NCBI GenBank assembly: GCA_038046765.1
Contig: JBBSVN010000006.1
Location: 1-64,000 of the forward strand
Direction: 5' to 3'
Origin: Candidatus Micrarchaeota archaeon
GTDB lineage: Archaea > Micrarchaeota > Micrarchaeia > Anstonellales > Bilamarchaeaceae
Length of the DNA: 64,000 nt
The position numbers were made by a program, and so were the translations under genes. Positions 10,601 through 18,810 of this stretch are shown here, one piece after another. The notes beneath the pieces are model-generated. The model worked only from the letters and a program-made list of their open reading frames with translations. It made no database searches and was not told where the DNA came from. Position 1 is the first letter of the stretch, and each line of letters starts with the position of its first letter.

Positions 10601-11416
10601 GTGAAAGAAAAAGTGAAAGACATGAGAAATAGAAATGAAATAATTTACAAAGTTTACGTGAATGAAGTTGCACGACCTTTAGGGAAAAATCCGCTTTCAT
10701 TTGTGCAATTTAGTAAAAGAATTGAATTACTTGAAGATATTTATCGGAATGGAAAATTTTATGTTGGACAGAAAACTACTGGGCTAGGTGTATCGATAGA
10801 TTTAGGATTTCTATTATTTGGTTTAAGACCTTATGCACTTTTAGGGATATGTGAGCACGAATGTTCTTGGAGCAGTGCTTTGGAACCTAGAGAAGATGTA
10901 ATAAGGAAATATTTTAGCTACTTAATTAATTCAAGATTAATGATAGAAGCTGGACTTCAAACGCAAGTGCATATCGGACCAATATTATGTCATACGGGTT
11001 TAGGAATTTATAACCCTGAATTAGTGGCACAAGTTTTAGGAATAGAAATTAACTTAGTTAGAGCTACTTTACAGAGTTATAACTTTTACCATCCAGATTC
11101 TTATCGTTTGTTTGGTTACCCCCAACCACCTAGCAATAATGCAAATATTTATTTTGAAATTGATCGTTTTAGGTTTGGCAAGATTGAAAGCGTGATTTGT
11201 CTTTGTGATATAAATATAATCGATATTTCTTACATTCGCGCAATGGCTATTGCAACTTATTTATTCGCGCTTACGATAATAGAAGGTGGATTTGCAGCGC
11301 GAGCGATTATCAGAGTTCCGAATAAAGATACATTGGTGAACGTACTTGAAACAACGGTTTATGTCCAACCAGATGGCGAGATTAAAGAATATTTAAAAGA
11401 CGAAAGACAAGTTTAA
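10601..11416 (+). CDS. Hypothetical protein
   Basis: 271-aa uninterrupted ORF, no recognisable motif. Confidence 0.6.
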   Translation: MKEKVKDMRNRNEIIYKVYVNEVARPLGKNPLSFVQFSKRIELLEDIYRNGKFYVGQKTTGLGVSIDLGFLLFGLRPYALLGICEHECSWSSALEPREDVIRKYFSYLINSRLMIEAGLQTQVHIGPILCHTGLGIYNPELVAQVLGIEINLVRATLQSYNFYHPDSYRLFGYPQPPSNNANIYFEIDRFRFGKIESVICLCDINIIDISYIRAMAIATYLFALTIIEGGFAARAIIRVPNKDTLVNVLETTVYVQPDGEIKEYLKDERQV

Positions 11417-11460
11417 TCCAAAGAAAGTTTTTTTATTCCTTTGTTACATAATAATTATTT

Positions 11461-11760
11461 ATGGGGATATTTGACAACATAATTAATCAGGTAATTGGGA
11501 ATGTTAAACGTGACGTAACTAATCAGGCTAGTTCAGGAATTTCTAGTACTATTAGCGGCGGGATTAACGGTGGCGTTAAAAAAGTAACAACTAAGGACAA
11601 CACACCAAAATGCCCAAAATGTAAAAAAGTAATTACAGATAATTCGCTTAAGTTTTGTTCGGAGTGCGGAACAAAAATGATAGTAAGTTGCACAAAATGC
11701 CAACAAGACTTTGCTGTTGGAACTAAATTCTGTTCGAATTGTGGCGGAACGGTTGGATAA
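11461..11760 (+). CDS. Double zinc-ribbon protein
   Basis: CPKC...FCSECG...CTKC...FCSNCG. Confidence 0.85.
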   Translation: MGIFDNIINQVIGNVKRDVTNQASSGISSTISGGINGGVKKVTTKDNTPKCPKCKKVITDNSLKFCSECGTKMIVSCTKCQQDFAVGTKFCSNCGGTVG

Positions 11761-11779
11761 ATAAAACAATACAAGATTA

Positions 11780-13435
11780 TCAGGTAGTGAATAATTTTTT
11801 AAGAGCTTGAAACAAAAATCTTAGCAATGTTTTCGCATGTCGCTCTTTCTTAGAATTAATAAGCAGATGAATTATCGTCCTTTTTCTTCTTAATAATCTT
11901 AGTAATTTTATAAGTTCTTCTAAGAATTTTAATTGAGTTGAAAGCGCAACTAAAGATTTGCAGTATGGTTTACCCGATTTAAGATTTCTTAATAATTTTA
12001 TTCGCTGAACTAGAAACTTTTCGATTTTTACAATAACTTCTTTGAATTCTTTGACTCCTTGTTTAGTAGAAATTTTTCTAGCTGTTTGTTCTAGTTTAAC
12101 TAATTGACTTGTTATTTTTTTATTCCAAACTCGAGACACTTTTAATTCTTTTTGGTTTTGGTTTAATGGTTTGATTAATTTAACAAGCACTAAACCTTGA
12201 ATAGATGCGAGTATTCTTGAGATCGAATGATTATCTGTTTTGTTAGGGGATTTAAATTTTACTTTTGCTGCGTCTTTGCAGGGATTTTGAGGCTTAGATT
12301 TAGGTTCATTATGCGAGTCGTCTTTTGAAGTTTTTTTACAGATAGTTGAGCGGGTTTTTTTAGTTCTTTTAGTCGGGAAATTAAAAAATGAAAAATCTTC
12401 GTTGTCTGTAATTCCGATCAGATGACCGTACAATCTCCTAAGCCATATGGTAGTTAAAATTTCCACGTAGGTATAGCCATTTATCAAACCACTTTTCGCG
12501 GTTGCGGCTTGACTTAGCGTTTCAGACTTCTTTGAAACAGAATCAGAGTTCTGTTTTGCATCTTCTGCGGCTTCCCATCTTATGGTAAAAGGACCTCTAG
12601 TAATTTCTTTTTCTGCATCTAATGATACACCGATTCCGGATTGAATAAATTGTTTTGGATTATCCGTAGTGGAATTCGATTGTATAGGAAATTTATTTGC
12701 TTTGAATTTTTCAGATTCTACAATTAGCGACGAAATAGATTCAACTTTATCAACACAAGAAGTTGAATCTGTTTTTAACAAAGTATCCGAAATCGGATTT
12801 TGTAACTTGGAATAGACTGGAATATCCAATGGTCTTAACCAGAATTGTTGATAGCTATTAATCATTGATGGTAGTTCTGCAAGACCCAAAACTGTTTTTT
12901 GCCTTAAATCATTAATTTTTGCTTGCATTGAAAGATAACTTATTCCAATATCTGCGTGAGCAACTAAAGACCAGGTATTTGCAGGCACGACTTCATTAGG
13001 TGACGACATGTTCAATATTATTTGCTTATTTAGTGGAACAACTGTAAATGCAGTAGCTACGAAAATAGTTTCGTTTTTTGGTATATTTTTAGTTTCTTGT
13101 GCTTGACTAAGTGATACTTGGGTTTCTAGCTTATTGCTATCCATTTTGTTATCTTTAGTTGCAGAATCATATATACTAACAGATGGTTTTCCTTTGCATT
13201 TGTCGCAACTCCCACCTATGCAATCTGAACAACTACCAGCTGCTTTAAAACCAAAAAATCGGTTTGTTTCCATTCGAATGTTCTTAACTCTAGCCACAAA
13301 TCGTTGCAAAACGGTTTTGTCCACATTTTTTTGTTCTTGTGGTGGCACATTATCAAGCTCCTGCAATAAATTGCTGAATGTCTGGTTCTGGAACGTGGGC
13401 AGCAAACATGCTATCAATTTCGTTTTTAAAATCAC
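11780..13435 (-). CDS. Hypothetical protein with Cys cluster and basic C-terminus (possibly 3' part of a frameshifted gene with 13353..13676)
   Basis: Long ORF with CSDCIGGSCDKC; overlaps the upstream ORF by 83 nt. Confidence 0.55.
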   Translation of the reverse strand: MILKTKLIACLLPTFQNQTFSNLLQELDNVPPQEQKNVDKTVLQRFVARVKNIRMETNRFFGFKAAGSCSDCIGGSCDKCKGKPSVSIYDSATKDNKMDSNKLETQVSLSQAQETKNIPKNETIFVATAFTVVPLNKQIILNMSSPNEVVPANTWSLVAHADIGISYLSMQAKINDLRQKTVLGLAELPSMINSYQQFWLRPLDIPVYSKLQNPISDTLLKTDSTSCVDKVESISSLIVESEKFKANKFPIQSNSTTDNPKQFIQSGIGVSLDAEKEITRGPFTIRWEAAEDAKQNSDSVSKKSETLSQAATAKSGLINGYTYVEILTTIWLRRLYGHLIGITDNEDFSFFNFPTKRTKKTRSTICKKTSKDDSHNEPKSKPQNPCKDAAKVKFKSPNKTDNHSISRILASIQGLVLVKLIKPLNQNQKELKVSRVWNKKITSQLVKLEQTARKISTKQGVKEFKEVIVKIEKFLVQRIKLLRNLKSGKPYCKSLVALSTQLKFLEELIKLLRLLRRKRTIIHLLINSKKERHAKTLLRFLFQALKKLFTT

Positions 13436-13676
13436 CCAAAGAAGAAATTTCTTTGATAAGTAGCTTGACTTCTTTTGATTTAATTAGTGCACTTTTCATG
13501 ATTCCTTTCTTATAATCATCACGCGCTTCGATAAGTTCTCCTCTAATTAATTCTAGTTTAGCTTGAAAATTAGACGGCATAGTTTCGATTGGTTTACTAA
13601 AACAGCTAGAGCACCCATTACAAGAGGACCGAGTTAAAGGATCGGGTTTAGGAATAAAACGTTTAAATAAGCTCAT
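13353..13676 (-). CDS. Small Cys-cluster protein (CNGCSSC)
   Basis: ATG start divergent from the DtxR gene; CxxCxxC motif. Confidence 0.55.
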   Translation of the reverse strand: MSLFKRFIPKPDPLTRSSCNGCSSCFSKPIETMPSNFQAKLELIRGELIEARDDYKKGIMKSALIKSKEVKLLIKEISSLGDFKNEIDSMFAAHVPEPDIQQFIAGA

Positions 13677-13724
13677 GATTATTTTAGTAGTTTTTAGGTG
13701 GATATATAATTTAGCCTAAGAAAG

Positions 13725-13738
13725 TTAGGCATGCCTAA
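13725..13738. promoter_or_regulatory. DtxR/MntR-type operator
   Basis: Perfect palindrome TTAGGCATGCCTAA with TTAGG/CCTAA half-sites like DtxR-family boxes, 33 bp upstream of a DtxR-family gene. Confidence 0.7.
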
Positions 13739-13771
13739 GTTTAAATTATTTTGCTAGTAATATAATCAGAT

Positions 13772-14149
13772 ATGCAAACTAGAGTAGCCGAGAACTATTT
13801 ACGTACGATATACGAAATAATAGAAAATCAGGGTTATGTTAGAACTAAGGATGTTGCTAATTCAATGGGTGTAAAGGCGTCAAGTGCAAGTGAAATGTTA
13901 AATAAACTTGATCAGGCCGGTCTAGTAATATATAAAAAATATAGCGGAATTAGTTTAACTAGTGAAGGAAAAAAATTAGCAAATATAGTCAACCAAAAGT
14001 ACAAAGTTTTTATGGAACTTTTTGAAATCGCAGGAGTAGACTCAAAAGTCGCATATAAAGATGCATGTATTTTAGAGCACTATATAAGCAATGAAACAAA
14101 TCTAAAAATCCAAAATCTTGTTGAGAAACTTAAGAATGACAAACAGTAA
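13772..14149 (+). CDS. DtxR/MntR-family metal-dependent repressor
   Basis: ENYLRTIY, wHTH, DACILEH dimerisation motif. Confidence 0.92.
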   Translation: MQTRVAENYLRTIYEIIENQGYVRTKDVANSMGVKASSASEMLNKLDQAGLVIYKKYSGISLTSEGKKLANIVNQKYKVFMELFEIAGVDSKVAYKDACILEHYISNETNLKIQNLVEKLKNDKQ

Positions 14150-14150
14150 A

Positions 14151-14546
14151 CTATGATAGATCAGAGACAATTTTCTTTACTCTTTCTTCAATTTCATCCC
14201 TTATTTTTCTAAAGGCATCAATCGATTTACCGCCGGGGTCTTCTAAGTTCCAATCGTCTGTCTTTGATGGAGGAGTAAGCGGACAAGAATCAATGCAACC
14301 CATCGTGTATATTTTATAAGCGCCTTGGGCCATAGCAGAAGTTAGAATTTTTGGAGCCTGTTTACTTATGTCAATTCCTTTTTCTTTCATGACTAAGATC
14401 GCGTGAGGTTTTATAGAAACTATCGGATTTGTACCTGCACTTACTCCGACATAAAATGGGTTCGTATTGTAGAAATTGAAAAAACCTTCTGCCATCTGAC
14501 TTCTGGCTGAATTTTCCTTGCAAACAAATAGAATTACTTTTTTCAC
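14151..14546 (-). CDS. arsC: Thioredoxin-dependent arsenate reductase (LMW-PTP fold)
   Basis: CKENSARSQMAEG P-loop, MGC...CP and WNLEDP; likely GTG start at 14546. Confidence 0.88.
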   Translation of the reverse strand: MKKVILFVCKENSARSQMAEGFFNFYNTNPFYVGVSAGTNPIVSIKPHAILVMKEKGIDISKQAPKILTSAMAQGAYKIYTMGCIDSCPLTPPSKTDDWNLEDPGGKSIDAFRKIRDEIEERVKKIVSDLS

Positions 14547-14568
14547 TTGGATCACGAAGAGAAATAAA

Positions 14569-15585
14569 TTATAATCCAAAAATTACCTTAATCGCTAGAA
14601 AAACCCCACCGCCAACAATCGCACTAAAAGGAATTGTAATTACCCATGCCCAGACGATATTCCGGCTAACTCCCCATCGCACGTTTTTAGCATTCTTGGT
14701 TGAGCCAACACCCATTATCGAACCAGCGATAGCATGAGTGGTACTAACAGGAATTCCTAAACTTGCCATGGATACTAAAACTATGCCACCAGCAGTTTCA
14801 GCACAAAAGCCTTGATACGGTCTTAATTGAGTAATTTTATGAGCCATTGTTTTTACGATACGCCAACCACCTAGCCAAGTTCCAAGGGAAATTGCAACGT
14901 GACATGCAATAATAACCCAAAACGGAACATCAAAATTTGTAAGGTATCCACCCACAATTAAAAGAATAGTAATTATTCCCATAGTCTTTTGTGCATCGTT
15001 AGTACCATGAGTTACAGAATAGAAAAATGCCGAGAACAATTGGAGTTTTTTAAACCATTTATTTACCTTTTCAGGAGCACTGTTTTTGAAAATACGCATT
15101 ACGATTAATCCTAATAAAAATGATGCTACAAAACCAATTAAAGGAGAAAGTACGATAAAAATTAAGACTTTGTTAATACCTTCAAACAACAGAACGTTCG
15201 CACCAACAGCAGCTAATGCCGCACCGATTAGTCCACCAATAAGCGCGTGACTGCTTGAAACGGGAATTCCAAAATACCATGTAAGGATATCCCATACGAT
15301 GGCACCAATTAATGCAGAAAGAATCATTACAACAAATGCTTCTTTTGGTAAAAACGTTTGAATAAGCTTAGTGTCAATTATGCCTTTTCCAATTGTTGCA
15401 GCAATCGCAGTTGAAAAGAATAATGGCCCGATCAGATTTCCAATCGCAGCCATCGAAACCGCTTGCATCGGAGTCATGACACGCGTAGCAACAATTGTAG
15501 AGATAGCATTAGCACTATCATGAAAGCCATTGATAAAATCAAATGCTAATGCGACTAATATCGTAAATATGAGTAGTTCGATCAT
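14569..15585 (-). CDS. pit: Inorganic phosphate transporter, PiT family
   Basis: NGFHDSAN, PVSSSHA, HGTNDAQK and PVSTTH signatures. Confidence 0.95.
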   Translation of the reverse strand: MIELLIFTILVALAFDFINGFHDSANAISTIVATRVMTPMQAVSMAAIGNLIGPLFFSTAIAATIGKGIIDTKLIQTFLPKEAFVVMILSALIGAIVWDILTWYFGIPVSSSHALIGGLIGAALAAVGANVLLFEGINKVLIFIVLSPLIGFVASFLLGLIVMRIFKNSAPEKVNKWFKKLQLFSAFFYSVTHGTNDAQKTMGIITILLIVGGYLTNFDVPFWVIIACHVAISLGTWLGGWRIVKTMAHKITQLRPYQGFCAETAGGIVLVSMASLGIPVSTTHAIAGSIMGVGSTKNAKNVRWGVSRNIVWAWVITIPFSAIVGGGVFLAIKVIFGL

Positions 15586-15608
15586 ATGCCATCCAACCGC
15601 TTTAAACT

Positions 15609-16247
15609 TTAACTATGTTTCATTACAATATCTGAAATATATTGAGAGGATTTATCTACTTTGTCTATCGCAGATTCTAATGAATCTAAAATTTCTTTTT
15701 GTTTGATAACTTCGAGTGGTTCGCATTTCTTAAATAAAGCTGCGATAGCTTTAATGTAAGCTTCATCAGCTTTGTTTTCCAGGCTTTTTATGGTTTTACA
15801 GTGTTCCGAAACTTTAGCATATGTCTTGGAATGATTTATAGCAATCACGGCATTTTTAAGTTCCTTTGTTTGATTTACTAAAATATCTGTAAGGTGAATC
15901 ATATCTTGCGAAGGTGATTGAATTTCATACGCAACCATCAAAGTAGCAACATGGTCAATTAGATCTACAATATCGTCAAGAGAACTAGCTAGTGTTGAAA
16001 TATCCGAGTGATCAATTGGAACAATAAATGTCTTATTTAGCGCAGTATAAATATCGCGCATCAGCTGATCCCCCGTGTGTTCAAGTTCTCGAATTTTTTT
16101 GGCCTTTTCGTCAATATTTTTATAATCCGTTAGAAGGCCTGAGAGTTCCTGTGCCGAATCGTGTGCGGTTTCGGCCTGTTTTTGCATAAAATCAAAAAAA
16201 GGACTTTCCTGCGGTACTAAAAAGTTTTTTATTTTGGTTAAAGGCAT
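15609..16247 (-). CDS. DUF47/PhoU-like phosphate transport regulator
   Basis: ELEHTGD, LNKTFIVPIDHSDI and LENKAD motifs; directly upstream of pit. Confidence 0.92.
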   Translation of the reverse strand: MPLTKIKNFLVPQESPFFDFMQKQAETAHDSAQELSGLLTDYKNIDEKAKKIRELEHTGDQLMRDIYTALNKTFIVPIDHSDISTLASSLDDIVDLIDHVATLMVAYEIQSPSQDMIHLTDILVNQTKELKNAVIAINHSKTYAKVSEHCKTIKSLENKADEAYIKAIAALFKKCEPLEVIKQKEILDSLESAIDKVDKSSQYISDIVMKHS

Positions 16248-16382
16248 AATGATTTCACCTGTTAAACATCGTGATTGAAAATTTATTTTTAAGAATACGT
16301 TTTGAACATATTAAGAAGAGTAAATTTTTATAGGTTTGTAATAGATTTAGAATCAAGTAAAAAATAGACAAAAAAATTAGTA

Positions 16383-16466
16383 TGCAGGGGAAGAGATTCG
16401 AACTCTTGAAGGTACTAAACCACCAGCCCCTCAAGCTGGCGCATTTGGCCGCTCTGCCACCCCTGC
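16383..16466 (-). tRNA. tRNA-Leu(GAG)
   Basis: Reverse complement folds as a cloverleaf: GCAGGGG/CCCCTGC acceptor, CCAGC-TTGAGGG-GCTGG anticodon arm, long variable arm, GTTCGAATC T-loop. Confidence 0.96.
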
Positions 16467-16509
16467 ATTTGGATAAACTTATTACAAACTACTTTTCTCA
16501 AATAATTCT

Positions 16510-16625
16510 CGCGAGTATTCAAAGAGAGTACCGCGCTAGATCCAATGAACCAGATAACAGTTCATTGACCGTTCAACTTGCAGTTGAACGCGCAACACAA
16601 TGGAAAAACGAATGGTCGCGTCAGC
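16510..16625 (+). ncRNA. Candidate structured RNA / palindromic element (three hairpins)
   Basis: Stems CGCG-GTATTC/GAGTAC-CGCG (16510-16535), CAATGAAC/GTTCATTG (16543-16567) and CGTTCAAC/GTTGAACG (16570-16590) in a GC-richer patch. Confidence 0.35.
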
Positions 16626-16745
16626 AAATTGTTTATAATAAATATAAACATCTTACTTTAGAGAAAAGAAGTAAAATAATTATATACAATAACCCTTATA
16701 ATAATTCCATAATAATAAATTTCATTCATTTGAGGACTAATTCCT

Positions 16746-17447
16746 ATGATCGAACAAACATTAGCCGATATTAAGTCACTAGAAAATCCAGAAAAAGCCA
16801 AAGTATTGCAAGGCTTCTTTAAAACTAAAAAAGGAGAATATGCAGAAGGAGATATTTTCCTAGGAATAACTGTTCCGCAGTCAAGAGTAATCGCAAAAAA
16901 ATACAACGAGCTAAAAATCGAACAGATTCAAACGTTGTTATCAAGTAAGATTCATGAACATCGTTTGATTGCACTATTTATTTTAATTGAAAAATATAAG
17001 AAAGCAAAAACAAACGAGGGGCAACGAAAGCAAATTGCTGATTTCTATTTAACAAACACAAAAAATATTAACAACTGGGACTTAGTGGATACCTCAGCTC
17101 ATTATGTTTTAGGAAATTATACGTTTGACAAAGATAAAAAGATTATTTATGAACTTGCTAAGTCAACAAACATTTGGGAGCGAAGAATTGCGATAATTTC
17201 TACATTATATTTCATAAGGCAAAATAAATTTGAGGACACGATTAAAATTGCAGAGATTTTACTAAACGATAAACACGACCTAATTCAAAAGGCAGTTGGA
17301 TGGATGCTTAGGGAAGTTGGCAAAAAGAATCAGGGATTAGAAGAAGAGTTTCTAAACAAGTATTCCAAGAAAATGCCAAGAACAATGCTAAGATATGCAA
17401 TAGAAAAATTTAGTGATGATAAAAAAGCTTTTTATATGAGAAAATAG
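16746..17447 (+). CDS. alkD: DNA alkylation repair protein (AlkD-like HEAT glycosylase family)
   Basis: INNWDLVD, WERRIA, DLIQKAVGWMLRE and MPRTMLRYAIE motifs. Confidence 0.88.
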   Translation: MIEQTLADIKSLENPEKAKVLQGFFKTKKGEYAEGDIFLGITVPQSRVIAKKYNELKIEQIQTLLSSKIHEHRLIALFILIEKYKKAKTNEGQRKQIADFYLTNTKNINNWDLVDTSAHYVLGNYTFDKDKKIIYELAKSTNIWERRIAIISTLYFIRQNKFEDTIKIAEILLNDKHDLIQKAVGWMLREVGKKNQGLEEEFLNKYSKKMPRTMLRYAIEKFSDDKKAFYMRK

Positions 17448-17619
17448 ATAAATTAGATAGAAATAACAATTTTTTTAATAATAATTTTACAATTTTTACT
17501 TAATAAGATGTATAAATATAACAAAAAAATATATATTTTGAGTATTTTTATACATAAAATCGTACAAAAACCATATAAACCCAGCATGATCGATCTGATT
17601 GGGAGTAAAATAAAAAATA

Positions 17620-18027
17620 GTGGTGGATGGAATGAAGCGTTGCACATTCTGTAGCGACTTAGTTACAGACTTTATTTGTAAGCATGGAAAAGATTGGAAA
17701 TGCTATTTCTGCGCCAACAGACACACCAGCGTAAAGATTGTTAATAAAAGCATAAAAAAAGAGAGTGAATTGGCAATCTTTGCAAGTAAATTACTTATGC
17801 CGAAACTAATTTCAAAAAGAAGTAACAGATTTGAGATAAAAGTTGATTCAAGAATTATTGAAGAAGGAATTATACCCCCATTTGCAACTGATGAAAACGA
17901 ATTTGTATTACCCCCAGAAACCGAAGGATTAATAAGGTTAACAAAACCACACCGCTCAGTGCCTAGAATGACAAAAAAGAAAACTTACAGATTACATTAT
18001 GGGGGTTCTGCCAGAATTTCAGGTTAG
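17620..18027 (+). CDS. Hypothetical protein with N-terminal Cys/His (Zn-finger-like) motif
   Basis: CTFC...CKH...CYFC..H; basic C-terminus. Confidence 0.55.
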   Translation: MVDGMKRCTFCSDLVTDFICKHGKDWKCYFCANRHTSVKIVNKSIKKESELAIFASKLLMPKLISKRSNRFEIKVDSRIIEEGIIPPFATDENEFVLPPETEGLIRLTKPHRSVPRMTKKKTYRLHYGGSARISG

Positions 18028-18079
18028 TTTGATTTTAGTAAATGTTTTTAAAAAAGTCTATTTATAGTATTAATTAATT

Positions 18080-18264
18080 GCTCCTGTAGTCTAGCCCGGT
18101 CAATTTAAAAAACCGAAAGGACAACGGACTCTCACTCCGTAAACCCGGGTTCAAATAACCGCTTTTTACATTTGTATTTCTTAGGTCAAAAAGCAGTTAT
18201 CGCAAAAAATCTTCACGCTAAAAAGGTATCGTGAACGCGATAATCGAAAATCCCGGCAGGAGCG
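18080..18264 (+). tRNA. tRNA-Glu(CTC) with a 15-nt D-loop intron (18103-18117) and a ~95-nt T-loop intron (18156-18250)
   Basis: Spliced product GCTCCTG TA GTCT AGCCCGGTCAA GGAC A ACGGA CT CTC AC TCCGT AAAC CCGGG TTCAAAT CCCGG CAGGAGC G is a complete cloverleaf. The D-loop intron has a CGGT/ACCG 4-bp helix with CAA and AAA bulges (BHB). Confidence 0.85.
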
Positions 18265-18268
18265 ATTT
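18255..18268 (+). repeat. attL-like direct repeat
   Basis: GGCAGGAGCGATTT overlapping the tRNA-Glu acceptor stem. Confidence 0.7.
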
Positions 18269-18639
18269 TACATCAAAATAAGGCGGATTCTTTTTTCAGT
18301 TCGCTCATATACACGACCAATTAAATAATTTCGATTACCTACCTTAGAATTTTAGAACTGGTTGTGTATGTCAAGAATGACGATTCATTCTTGATCATGC
18401 TCGTGAATGCTGTGGCATTCGCGACATAGATTGAGACGAAAAAATATTTTTGTCTCAGGATATTGTACGAATCTCCAATAGCTAAGACATGTTTTGTTTC
18501 CATGTCTAATATATTTCGCAGAGAAGTATTTTATGATTTAGGGGGATATCGGTACGGTGGGATGAAGTTGCTGATTTTTCAAAGTATTCTCTAAGTATTC
18601 GCCTTCTTTTGGAATTCAAGATAACTTGAAATTGGACTA

Positions 18640-18694
18640 TCTTTATTTCAGCCATGTACCTGCAATCGCCGATAACAATCAGATTTTTTGTCAT
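18640..18694 (-). pseudogene. N-terminal remnant of an N4/N6 DNA methyltransferase
   Basis: MTKNLIVIGDCRYMAEIK matches the typical (I/V)xGDC start of beta-class MTases; no TSPPY/DPPY follows. Confidence 0.4.
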
Positions 18695-18810
18695 GACTAA
18701 ATGTATAACTCAGGGGGTCATTTTATGATTCGTGCCAAATTTGGCACTGGGATGCTAGGTTGAGAGCTAATGAAGATCAATATCGAGATATTTGGACCGA
18801 TTTTCATTGT

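Noticed and set aside
16382..16774. 130-aa ORF in the track
   Set aside because: Antisense to tRNA-Leu and crosses the hairpin element; spurious.
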